Shown: one piece after another, positions 1-10,800 of the stretch
How the letters are laid out: each line of letters opens with the position of its first letter
How positions within the stretch are numbered: the stretch's first letter is position 1
Origin: Candidatus Saccharimonadales bacterium
GTDB lineage: Bacteria > Patescibacteriota > Saccharimonadia > Saccharimonadales > UBA10212
Reading direction: 5' to 3'
Assembly (NCBI GenBank): GCA_038245195.1
Contig: JBBRSU010000002.1
Location: 35,091 to 99,090 of the forward strand
Length of the DNA: 64,000 nucleotides
Made by a program: the position numbers and the translations under genes
Notes under the pieces: model-generated
Told to the model about the DNA's origin: nothing
What the model saw: the letters and a program-made list of their open reading frames with translations, nothing else
The model's database searches: none

Positions 1-720
1 TGGCTTTACATACTGGTCAAAGTACCCCTGAGTTAACGGATAGACTGGACCAATGATTAATAATCGATGATTTGTGCTTTTAGCGACTTGGATAGCTTCA
101 CGAACTCCCTTTTCGGGGGCAATCCGACCAGCAAATAGCAGGTAATCTTCTGGTTCATCACAGAAGGGATAATCGCTAGGGTTAACGCCGTTATATATTG
201 TCCCAATATACGGCAGGTCTGTACCATCCCGTCTTTGATTGTTGGAGATAGAAACGAACCTTTGATTAGGTGTACTGTAAAGCTCAAATATTTCTTTTGA
301 CCAGTCGTGAATTGGGTCGTGAAGAGTATATAAAACCGGTACATCTTGGTAGATTGACCCAAGCAGCAGTGCGGTCTCGGGGTGATGGAAATGCAGTACG
401 TCATACCTACCCATTCTGGCTCGCTCAAACATCTCCTTAACCATTCGGCTTTCCCACATTCCCGGAAAGTAGTGGACCATTCTATCGATGTTAGTTATGA
501 GCTCGTTGAAATCGTGCTCATTTTCAGCTAACGGCCTAAGGCCAATAGATTCAATATTGATCTTTTTTAACTTACTACCCAATGGTGCAAAAAAATCTAC
601 GGAATGACCATGTTTGGTTAGACCTTCGGCAATTGCTACTGCTAGGTCAATTGGGGCATAAATCATGTCGGACGGTGTGGGCACTGGTAAATAACCACGA
701 ACCATCATCGCAATTTTCAT
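1..720 (-). CDS. Glycosyltransferase family 4 (GT-B fold), N-terminal ~240 codons; the 3' end runs off the left window edge
   Basis: It is absent from the ORF track because it has no in-window stop. Manual translation of the minus strand from the ATG at 720-718 gives an uninterrupted frame: MKIAMMVRGYLPVPTPSDMIYAPIDLAVAIAEGLTKHGHSVDFFAP...YDVLHFHHPETALLLGSIYQDVPVLYTLHDP...RFVSISNNQR...LLFAGRIAPEKGVREAIQVAK. This is a typical GT4 N-domain plus the start of the GRxxxxKG motif. Confidence 0.8.
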   Translation of the reverse strand, partial: MKIAMMVRGYLPVPTPSDMIYAPIDLAVAIAEGLTKHGHSVDFFAPLGSKLKKINIESIGLRPLAENEHDFNELITNIDRMVHYFPGMWESRMVKEMFERARMGRYDVLHFHHPETALLLGSIYQDVPVLYTLHDPIHDWSKEIFELYSTPNQRFVSISNNQRRDGTDLPYIGTIYNGVNPSDYPFCDEPEDYLLFAGRIAPEKGVREAIQVAKSTNHRLLIIGPVYPLTQGYFDQYVKP

Positions 721-814
721 AGATTTACTTTAGAAACACCTCAAAAATTTTCACTCTACTTAATATAATAACTCCTTTGCAAGTAAATAGTGAGTATCTG
801 GATTGTTTAATAGA

Positions 815-2902
815 TTACTTGCCAGCTTTGGCGATGATGTTTTGAGTAACGTTTGGTGGAACATCGGCATAATGATCTAACTCCATAGAAGAACTAGCTC
901 GGCCCTGTGTGCTGCTACGAAGTTCGGTTGTATAGCCAAACATCTCGCCTAAAGGCACGAAGCCCGTTACTTCCTTGATCCCAACACTCAAATCTTCCAT
1001 TGATTCAATCCGACCACGTTTGGCATTTAAGCTACCGATGACATCACCCATGAAATCTTCTGGAGTGACCACTACAACTTTCATTATCGGTTCTAGAAGT
1101 ACTGGTGACGATTTTTTGACGCCTTCCTGCAAAGCCATTGAACCAGCGATTTTAAAGGCCATCTCTGATGAGTCGACATCATGGTAAGACCCGTCGTATA
1201 ACTCGGCTTTAACATCCACTACCGGGTATCCAGCTAAAACACCATTGGACATGGCTTCTTCAATACCAGATTTAACTGCCGGGATGTATTCACTTGGAAC
1301 AGAGCCGCCTTTAATACTATTGATGAATTCAAAACCTTTGCCGGCTTCGTTTTGGGACAAGCGTAACCACACATGGCCATACTGACCACGACCGCCCGAT
1401 TGACGGATAAACTTACCCTCTTGCTCAACAGCGTCTTTACGAATGGTTTCGCGATAGGCAACCTGTGGTTGGCCGATGTTGGCTTCTACCGTAAATTCGC
1501 GCTTCATTCTATCAACAATGATTTCCAGGTGTAGCTCGCCCATTCCAGAAATGATTGTCTGGCCGGTCTCGTGGTCTACTTTAATCCTAAACGTCGGGTC
1601 TTCTTCGGCTAGTCGTTGAAGAGCTAGACTCATTTTTTCTTGGTCGGCCTTTGTTTTTGGCTCAATCGCAATGCTAACTGGTGGCTCTGGGAAAGTGATG
1701 CTTTCTAGAATAATTGGATGATTGGTATCACAAAGAGTGTTACCAGTTGTTGTGCCTTTCAGGCCGACAATCGCAGCGATATCACCGGCTTCTACTTCTG
1801 TTACGTCCTCGCGTTTATCGGCTTGAAGCCGTACAATCCGCCCAACTCTCTCTCGTTCGCCTGACGAACTGTTTAAGATATAGCTGCCTGCTGTAACCTT
1901 GCCGGAATAAACTCGAAAGAAAGCCAGTTTGCCAACGAATGGGTCAGTGGCAATTTTAAATGCCAGTGCAGCAAACGGTTCGGACTCTGATGGTTTGCGC
2001 TCAATTTCATCGCCGTTTTTAGGGTTTGTGCCCCAAGTTGAACCACGGTCTAGTGGATTCGGCAAATAATCATTTACCAAATCTAGTAACTTCTCAACAA
2101 TTACTCCTCGACCGTCACCGCCGGAAACCACGAAAAACTTACCCGATAATACGGCTGTTCGAATAGCTTGCTTGATTTCAGTTTCGGACAAACCGTCTTC
2201 GCCGACTTCAAAATACTTCTCTAAAATGGTCTCGTCTTCAGCCACAGCGTTTTCAACCAATAAACTGCGATATTTTTTAACTTGATCCATCATGTCTGCC
2301 GGAATTTCAGCTTCGACTAATTCGTGGTCTGTAAAATCTTTGTAGCTATAACTTTTCAGGCTGACTAAGTCCACAACCCCTGAAACTGATTGCTCAAAAC
2401 CGATTGGAAGATGAATCGGCAATGCTCTTTTAGATAAGCGATTATGAATGCTGTCTAGGCTTTTGTAGAAATCACCGCCGGTTTGATTGATTTTATTAAT
2501 AAAACAAATTCGCGGGACATTGTACTTGTCGGCTTGACGCCAAACTGTCTCAGATTGGCTTTCCACACCCATTTTGCCGTCAAAAACCACTACAGCTCCA
2601 TCTAGTACCCTCAGTGAGCGTTCAACTTCAACTGTGAAGTCGATATGGCCCGGTGTATCAATGATATTAATTTTATGATCTTTCCAGAAACAGCTAACAG
2701 CGGCGGCGGTAATAGTGATACCCCGCTCTTTTTCTTGGGCCATCCAGTCGGTAGTGGTTTCGCCTTCATGGACTGCACCGATTTTGTGCTTTAGGCCGGT
2801 CCGATATAAGATCCCTTCAGTTGTAGTCGTCTTTCCGGCGTCAATATGAGCAATAATGCCAATGTTTCGGACGTCTTTTAGGTTGTACTTCTTCTCTGCC
2901 AT
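815..2902 (-). CDS. fusA: Translation elongation factor G
   Basis: 695 aa. G-domain motifs [14 protein letters not shown] and NKID-like NKIN are present, with full-length EF-G domain order. It sits downstream of rpsL-rpsG. Confidence 0.97.
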   Translation of the reverse strand: MAEKKYNLKDVRNIGIIAHIDAGKTTTTEGILYRTGLKHKIGAVHEGETTTDWMAQEKERGITITAAAVSCFWKDHKINIIDTPGHIDFTVEVERSLRVLDGAVVVFDGKMGVESQSETVWRQADKYNVPRICFINKINQTGGDFYKSLDSIHNRLSKRALPIHLPIGFEQSVSGVVDLVSLKSYSYKDFTDHELVEAEIPADMMDQVKKYRSLLVENAVAEDETILEKYFEVGEDGLSETEIKQAIRTAVLSGKFFVVSGGDGRGVIVEKLLDLVNDYLPNPLDRGSTWGTNPKNGDEIERKPSESEPFAALAFKIATDPFVGKLAFFRVYSGKVTAGSYILNSSSGERERVGRIVRLQADKREDVTEVEAGDIAAIVGLKGTTTGNTLCDTNHPIILESITFPEPPVSIAIEPKTKADQEKMSLALQRLAEEDPTFRIKVDHETGQTIISGMGELHLEIIVDRMKREFTVEANIGQPQVAYRETIRKDAVEQEGKFIRQSGGRGQYGHVWLRLSQNEAGKGFEFINSIKGGSVPSEYIPAVKSGIEEAMSNGVLAGYPVVDVKAELYDGSYHDVDSSEMAFKIAGSMALQEGVKKSSPVLLEPIMKVVVVTPEDFMGDVIGSLNAKRGRIESMEDLSVGIKEVTGFVPLGEMFGYTTELRSSTQGRASSSMELDHYADVPPNVTQNIIAKAGK

Positions 2903-3111
2903 TATTTATTGTCCAACTTTCTTATTGCATTTTCCATGATGCTTGAATCTGTGTAACCCTTTCGCTTATAGCCAACATGCTTTACAGCTAGACCGCCTAG
3001 ATCAAGTGAGGCGGCCACCGACAGGGCGTCTCTGCCACTTATTTCAATTATTAATTCGCTCAGGCTGTTGTTGGGTATAATATTCACGATCTCACCCTTT
3101 TTTAAGTCCAC
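2902..3111 (-). CDS. Hypothetical 69-aa protein exactly filling the rpsG-fusA gap
   Basis: The GTG start at 3111 directly abuts the rpsG stop (3112-3114). Its TAA stop shares one base with the fusA ATG (TAATG). Amino-acid composition is not low-complexity and I recognise no family. Confidence 0.5.
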   Translation of the reverse strand: MDLKKGEIVNIIPNNSLSELIIEISGRDALSVAASLDLGGLAVKHVGYKRKGYTDSSIMENAIRKLDNK

Positions 3112-3591
3112 CTAAGTCCTAGCAAAGTGGGCGAAGGCTCGGTTGGCGTCAGCCATTCGATGGGTATCTTCTTTTTTCTTAACTGCCGAACCGGTATTGT
3201 TATAGGCATCGACTAGCTCGAGGGCAATCCGATCCTCCATACTCATCCCTTTTCGAGACCGAGCAGCTTCCACGAACCACATAGTGGTAAGGTGTTGCTG
3301 ACGCTGACCTTTTACCTCGAACGGTATCTGATAGTTTGCTCCACCAACTCGGCGAGAACGGGTTTCCAGATGTGGTTGAACATTTCGCATGGCTTGTTCA
3401 AAAACCTCTAGCGGGTTTTGGACTTTGAGCTTATCAGCAGCTTTTTGCATACCGTTGTAGACTAGTCTCTCTGATAGTTGTTTTTTGCCATCTTGCATTA
3501 CTCGGTTAATTACTTTGGATACAGTACTGCTACTATACAGACGGTCGGGTGCAGCTGGCCGAATCAAAGCTTTGGTGGTTTTACGCGGCAT
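3112..3591 (-). CDS. rpsG: 30S ribosomal protein S7
   Basis: 159 aa, MPRK...PDRLYSS...GGANYQIPFEV...AHFAR, which is canonical S7. The ATG overlaps the rpsL stop by 1 nt. Confidence 0.97.
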   Translation of the reverse strand: MPRKTTKALIRPAAPDRLYSSSTVSKVINRVMQDGKKQLSERLVYNGMQKAADKLKVQNPLEVFEQAMRNVQPHLETRSRRVGGANYQIPFEVKGQRQQHLTTMWFVEAARSRKGMSMEDRIALELVDAYNNTGSAVKKKEDTHRMADANRAFAHFART

Positions 3592-4001
3592 TATTTGGGC
3601 CTCTTAGCGCCATATTTGCTTCGGCCCTGCTTACGGTTCTGGACACCCTGTAAGTCCAGTGAACCACGCACAATGTGATATCTAACGCCAGGTAAATCTT
3701 TAACTCGGCCACCACGAACCAGTACAACGGCGTGCTCTTGGAGATTGTGGCCTTCACCACCAATGTAGGCCCAAACTTCGTGGCCATTGGTGAGACGTAC
3801 GCGAGCAACTTTACGTAGAGCTGAGTTAGGTTTCTTAGGCGTCTTGGTAGTAACCCGTACGCAAACACCGCGTTTGAATGGTGCTTCCTTTTCATAGCTA
3901 CGAGTTTTCAGATTATTAGTAACTCGAAGCAGAGCCGGCGATTTACTCTTGTCGGTGGTACTTTTACGCGGTTTTCGAACTAATTGATTGATTGTTGGCA
4001 T
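3591..4001 (-). CDS. rpsL: 30S ribosomal protein S12
   Basis: 136 aa, [12 protein letters not shown]...[19 protein letters not shown]...[15 protein letters not shown], which is canonical S12. Confidence 0.97.
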   Translation of the reverse strand: MPTINQLVRKPRKSTTDKSKSPALLRVTNNLKTRSYEKEAPFKRGVCVRVTTKTPKKPNSALRKVARVRLTNGHEVWAYIGGEGHNLQEHAVVLVRGGRVKDLPGVRYHIVRGSLDLQGVQNRKQGRSKYGAKRPK

Positions 4002-4045
4002 ATATTGTTACAGATTCCCAAATTCAAGTGTTAACTTTAGCAAAT

Positions 4046-7000
4046 TTACTCCTTAGAAGCAACCATTTCTGAACGTTGAACTGCTTCGCGCTCGTCTTCA
4101 AGCTCTTCAAGTGGCTTAGCTCCAGTACCCACCGGTATCCTTCGGCCGAGAATTACATTTTCTTTTAGGCCGTACAAATGATCAACCTTACCACTGGTAG
4201 CGGCGGCAATTAAGACTCTGGTGGTGTCTTGGAATGAAGCGGCCGATAGGAAAGAGTCGGTTGATAGTGAGGCTTTGGTTATTCCCAAAAGTAACTGAGT
4301 GTATTTAACGATGTTTTTACCAGCTTCGGCTAAATTGGTGTTGGCGTCTTCGACGGCCAGCTTGCTGACAACATCGCCAGTGATGAACTCGCTGTTCCCA
4401 GCATCCTCGATTTGAACTCGGCTGAACATCTGTCTCACGATGACTTCAAGGTGTTTATCGGCAATTGTTTGGCCTTGACTAGCGAAGATGTACAGGATTT
4501 CATTCATGATATAACGCTGCGTAGCATCAACGCTTTGCAGACGCATTAAGTCATGTAAATTAATAGAGCCATTGGTTAAACGTTGACCAGCTACGACTTC
4601 GTCACCATCTGCGACCTGCATCTGTTTAAAGCCGGGAATTTCGTAGCGCATCATGGTTTTGGCGGTAGGTGTGATTGTGATTACACCGTCTTGGACATGA
4701 GCCTTGCCAGTCATTGGTGCAGTGATTGGCTCGCTTTGGTCTTCCTGAGCGGCTACAACATCACCAAGATTAACTTCGTTGCCATCTTTGATTTGGGCAG
4801 TTCGGCCGTTGAGCTCAATTTCTATGGCCTTTTGCTTCTTTGCGGTTACCTGAGCGATATAATGATCGCCTTCTTCCCAAAGATTTACCTTGCCAGAGAT
4901 ATCTGTGAGATAAGCTTGGCCTTTAGGAATCCGGACTTCTAGAAGCTCTTCTACGCGGGTAAGGCCCTGCGTAACGTCATCGCTAGCAGTTACAGCACCG
5001 GCACGGTGCTTAGAGTCAAGTGACAGCTGAGTACCAGGCTCACCGATAGACTGAGCGGCCACAACCCCAATTGGATAATCGGAAGCTACTAGTTCTCTGG
5101 TAGCTAGATCAACCCCATAACTTTCACGGCTGACGCCCCGAGTATTAATGTTTGATAGAACGCTCTTGATACGAACCGTGGCAACCGCAGCGTCTTCGTG
5201 AATGGCTTTGGCGATTTTCTCCGTGATTAGCTCACCAGCCTTAACATGTTTCTTGACATTTTCGGCGGCAAATCGGCCCTCGAGACGATTGCCGAAGTCG
5301 ATGCCTATCGCCTCTGATTCGACTCGTCGGAGCTCAAAACCGGGGTCACCAGCGTCTTGCTCGACAGTGAACACGTCTTGGGCAACGTCTACTAAGCGGC
5401 GAGTAAGATAACCTGAATCGGCGGTACGCAAGGCAATGTCGATTAGAGACTTACGGGTACCTCTTGTGGCCGTAAAGTATTCCAGCGGATTGAGGCCGTA
5501 CTTATAGTTAGATCGAACTGGTAGCTCCATAGCTCGGCCAGTGGCATCGGCTCGAATGCCAATCATGCCAACCGAGTCTTTCATCTGGCTCAAGTTACCT
5601 CGAGCACCGGAAGCCACTGCGATTGACATGGTGTTATCTTCAGTGGCGAACTGCTCGGCTAACGCTTTTTCGACTCGACTGTCAACTTCCGACCAAGCTT
5701 CCACTGTTAAGCGATAGCGCTCGTCGTCGGTAATGAAACCGGAGGCGTATTGCTTAGAAACTTCGGTGGCATTCTTTTCGCCTTCGTCAACAATGCCGGA
5801 TAGAACCTTTAGGTCCGAGAAGTCGTCCATGCCTATAGAGATTCCAGACGCGGTGGCGTACTTAAAGCCGAGGTCTTTCAAATCATCGGCAATTTCGGCG
5901 GTCTTTTCCTGACCATAGTTTTGGTGAGTATAACTCATCACAAAATCAAGTTTCTTGTTGTTCATAGTCACATTCTGGAAAGGAAAACCTTCTGGCAGAA
6001 TTTCGTTGAACAATATTCGCCCTGCGGTAGTCTTTTGGATTTCACCACGGAATGGGGCTTCAACTCTAGTCTGTAGGGTAATCTTGTTATCATCTAGGGC
6101 TAGAATTATCTCTTCAACACCGCTGAACTGTCGATATTTGGTTTTTTCGCTACCTGGTCGCTCGTAGGTTAGGTAGTAGCAACCCAAAACAATATCTTGT
6201 TCAACGTGTAGGATCGGTGAGCCATCGGCTGGCTTAAGTAAGTTTTTATTAGCCGCCATAATGTCGCGGGCTTCGGCCTGGGCTTGATCGCTTAATGGTA
6301 AGTGGACAGCCATTTGATCGCCGTCAAAATCGGCGTTAAAACCCTTGCAGACTAATGGGTGAAGCTGAATCGCTTTACCTTCAATTAGCACTGGTTGGAA
6401 AGCCTGGATGCTCAATCGGTGTAGACTGGGTGCTCGGTTTAAAAGCACATACTTACCCTTGATGACTTCATCGAGTGCATCCCAAACAGCAGCTTCGTTT
6501 GATTCAATCATTCTAGTGGCGCTTCTAATATTATGAGCTAATTCTTGGTCGATTAATCGGCCGATTACGAACGGCTTGAACAGTTCCAGGGCCATCGTTT
6601 TAGGCAAACCGCATTGGTGCATCTTTAGTTCTGGACCGGCCACAATTACAGAACGACCAGAGTAGTCTACGCGCTTACCGAGTAGGTTCTGACGAAAACG
6701 ACCCTGTTTACCCTTTAGCATATCGCTAAGGCTCTTTAGACGGCGGCGTTGGCCGGTGGCAGCTACGGCTCGGCCAGAGCGAGTGGAATTATTATCGATT
6801 AGTGCATCGACCGCTTCTTGTAGCATTCGTTGTTCGTTTCGTCGAATAACTTCTGGGGCATTAAGCTCCATCAGTTTTTTGAGTCGGTTATTACGGTTAA
6901 TTACACGACGGTACAAGTCGTTTAAGTCGGAGGTGGCAAAACGGCCACCGGTAAGTTGAACCATCGGCCTTAGATCTGGAGGTATCACCGGTAGCACGCT

Positions 7001-7888
7001 AACCGCTAAACTACTGGGTTTAATCCCGGCCCGTTCCATACTTTCTAGCAGGCGCAAACGCTTCATAATTTTCTTTTTGCGCTGGCCCTTTGCCTCTTCG
7101 GCTTCTTTGTTCAAATCATCAATTAGTTTTAGTAAATCAACTTCTTCGAGCAACTCCTTTAGGGCTGAGCCACCCATGCCGACAGCAACTAATGCTCGTA
7201 ATTCTAACGGCAAGTTACGAAAATCGGTTTCACTCATTAATCGAAATTTTTCTAAGCTTTCGATTTGGGCATTAAAGACTTCGAACTCTTTGGCTAACTC
7301 TTCTAGCTCTTTGGTACGAGCTTCGGCTAACGCATGAACATCAGTGCCGTCAGTCTTGGCTTCGTCTTCGTAGCGAGCATTAATGGCGGTTTCAGCAGCA
7401 GTGAATTCAGCTTGGCGATCGGCCTTAATTTTGTCACGCTCTTCGATATTTACCGATTTTACGATGTAGCTGGCAAAGTAGGCCACTCTTTCAAGGTTCT
7501 TAACAGTTAAACCTAAAAGTAGGCCCATGGCACTAGGTGTACCTCGCAAGAACCAGATATGAGCCACCGGCGCGGCCAGGCTGATATGGCCCATACGCTC
7601 ACGCCGAACTATGCTCCGGGTAACTAGCTCACCGTTCTTATCAACAGCTGCTTCGCGGGAGCGAACTCCCTTGTATTTAGCGTCGTGGGGGTTAATATCC
7701 TTAACCGGGCCAAAAATTCGCTCACAGAACAAGCCATCACGTTCTGGTTTCTGGGTACGATAATTTATGGTTTCAGGTTTTGTAACTTCGCCGTAGCTCC
7801 ATTCCAAAATATCGTCGGGACTAGCAATCGCCAGCCTAACGGCATCAAAATCGGCAATATTGGTTCCACTAGTAGTATATTGACGCAT
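4046..7888 (-). CDS. rpoC: DNA-directed RNA polymerase subunit beta-prime (both Zn-site cysteine sets absent)
   Basis: 1280 aa. It has the catalytic [12 protein letters not shown] motif, [21 protein letters not shown], and trigger loop/bridge helix regions. It lies directly downstream of rpoB with a 2-nt gap. Confidence 0.98.
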   Translation of the reverse strand: [1280 protein letters not shown]

Positions 7889-7890
7889 GG

Positions 7891-10800
7891 TTAAGCCTCC
7901 TCTATGGTTTGGTTTTCTAAATCGTCGAGCTCGGGAGCGACCGTCTCTATAGTAATGCCCTCGTCGTCAGTAATGTGTAGCATATCTTCGGCTACCGACT
8001 CTTCAATCACAGCATTATCGATTACGCTCGGTAGAACGTCGATTGTCGGGATAGTTTTGGCCTCTTCTTTGATATTTTGAGCTAAGATTTCCTCAGCATC
8101 AACCATCTGATTGTTGGCTAAAAGATCAACTTTTAACCCTAAGCCCTGCAACTCTTTAACTAGAACATTGAAGCTCTCTGGAACCTTTGGCCCCTGGATA
8201 GCCGTACCTTTAATGATTGATTCGTAGGCTTTGGCTCGACCGTAAACATCGTCGGATTTGATAGTCAGCATTTCCTGCAGAGTGCTGGCAGCTCCGTAAG
8301 CCTCAAGTGCCCAGACTTCCATCTCACCAAAGCGCTGGCCACCGTTTTGGGCTTTTCCGCCCAGCGGCTGTTGAGTAACCATAGTATATGGGCCGGTTGA
8401 GCGGGCGTGAATTTTATCGGAAACCATATGATTAAGTTTGATGATGTACATACTACCGACGGTAGTTCGCTCGCTAAATGCTTCGCCAGTCCGCCCATCA
8501 TATAGCTGTTGTTTACCGTCTCGAGGTAAACCGGCTTCAACTAACAAGTCCTGAATCTTAGTAATTGGCACACCGTTAAAGGCTGGACTGGCAACTTTTA
8601 TACCAAGGGCACGGGCTGCCATTCCTAAGTGGGTCTCAAACAGCTGGCCGATATTCATACGGCTAGGAACTCCAAGCGGGTTCAAAACAATGTCTATTGG
8701 TGTGCCGTCTTCGTTGAAGGGCATATCCTCGACAGGTAATATTCGAGCGATAACACCCTTGTTACCGTGTCGGCCACCTAATTTATCGCCAACACTAATT
8801 TTGCGCATTTGTGCTACAAACACTTGTATCTGCATTATTACGCCAGCTTTTAGTTCGTGGCCATTAGCTCGGCTGAAAACTTTCACACCGACCACTTTTC
8901 CGTGGCGGCCAGTACTCATACGCTGAGAGGTATCCCGAACTTCTTTAGCTTTTTCACCAAAAATAGCCCGTAGTAACCGCTCTTCGCTAGATAATTCTTG
9001 TTCACCCTTAGGGGTAATTTTTCCGACTAAGATATCTCCTGGGTGAACTTCAGCCCCAATCCGGACAATACCGTCTTCATCAAGGTGCCGTAATGCTTCC
9101 TCTGAAACATTCGGAATATCACGAGTGACGATTTCTGGGCCTAACTTGGTTTCTCGGACTTCGGTCATATAGTCCACAATGTGGATCGAGGTTAGGGTGT
9201 CATCTTCAACTAGTTTTCGACTGAGGATAATAGCGTCTTCGAAGTTATAGCCAGCCCAGGGCATGAATGCCGTCAATAAGTCTTTTCCGAGGGCTAATTC
9301 GCCGTCGGCTATGCTCATACCTTCAATTAGCGAATCGCCGGCTTTGACTTTATCGCCACTTCCAACCACGACTACTTGGTTGATTGAACTGCCTTCATTA
9401 CTCCGGGCAAAATGTATAGGATAATAGGTTGTTTTTCCGGCTTTTTTGTAATTAACAATTACTTCATCTGCGGTGGCTTTTTCAACCACACCATCTTCTT
9501 CAGCGACGGTTAGCTGGCCGGTGTTATGGGCAACAATTGACTCCATGCCAGTTCCGACAATCGGAGACTGTGGTTTGATGAGTGGCACAGCTTGGCGTTG
9601 CTGGTTAGAGCCCATCAGTGATCGTAGGACGTAGTTTTTTTCGACAAAAGGAATTAGACCAGCACTGGAGCCGATAGTTTGGCTTTGGGCGGAGTCCATA
9701 TAAGTGACATCGTCGGCATCAACTTCGCCGGCTTCTAGGTTGGTCCGGGCACTAACTCGACCATCTTTAAAGTAGCCTTTGGTGTCGAGTTCATTACCTG
9801 CACCTGCTATAACTGAGGTCTCCTCTTCGGCAGCATCTAAATAGATGATCTGTTCGGTAACTTTTGCCTTAACCGGCCAGGTGGCTCGACTTTTGACAGT
9901 CGCTAGTCGTTTGGCCGCTGCATCGTTGATGACAGCATCGGCTTTAACAATCACTTTGCCTTTTTCATCTTCTAAATCTACCCGAGCAATGTGGCCAACG
10001 GCGTCTTTTGGTGTCACAGCGTTAATTACTTTTCGATAAGGTGTCTCAACAAAACCATACTCGTTAATTCGAGCGAAGCTAGCTAGGTTTAAGACCAGGC
10101 CAATGTTGGCACCTTCGGGAGTTTCAACAGGGCAAATTCGGCCATAATGGGTGGCATGGGCGTCACGCACTTCAAAACCAGCACGTTCTCGGCTAAGGCC
10201 ACCCGGGCCCATCGAACTTAAACGACGTTTATGAGCTAGTTCTGATAGGGGGTTAATCTGATCCATGAACTGGGACAGCTGGGAGCTAGCAAAGAATTCG
10301 CGGACAGCCGCTACTACCGGTCGAGCGTTGATTAGCTGAGCCGGAGTTACCGTTTCGATTTCGCTCATGCTCATCCGGTCTTTGGCGTTGCGCTCCATGC
10401 GTAGTAGGCCAATTCGGAATTGTCGCTGAACCAGCTCGCCGACCAATTTAACTCGACGATTGGCCAGACTGTCGATTTCATCGGCTGGGTCCTGAGTAAT
10501 ATTTAGTCTGATAATCTCGGCAATAACCGCGATTAAGTCCTCGATTCGCATTACTCGATTATCGATAGTGTTGGTGACATCTAGGTTGAGCCGTTTGTTT
10601 ATCTTGTAACGACCAACTTTCCCAAAATCAAAACGCTTAAAATTATAGAACATGTTCTCTATTAAAGAACGGGCGTTCTCAACGGTCGCCAAATCACCTG
10701 GTCGTAAGCGACGATAAACTTCAATTAAGGCTTCATTGCCGGTGGTTGTTGGATCTTTGACAAAAGTGGCATCAATGTAGTTAAGCTCGCCTTGATCGAC

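Noticed and set aside
57-428. 123-aa minus-strand ORF from the track
   Set aside because: It is out of frame with, and fully inside, the uninterrupted GT4 glycosyltransferase frame that I translated by hand from ATG 720 to the window edge. Its own sequence is low-information, so I treat it as a shadow ORF.
743-793. AT-rich interrupted hairpin followed by a T-run after fusA, considered as a terminator
   Set aside because: It has two 5-bp AT-rich stems, an internal loop and a 19-nt apical loop. The predicted stability looks too low to call.
3581-3895. 104-aa alternate-frame ORF over rpsL (and 8265-8540 over rpoB, 35997-36200 over rplS)
   Set aside because: These are same-strand, out-of-frame overlaps of highly conserved genes. 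They have no independent support.
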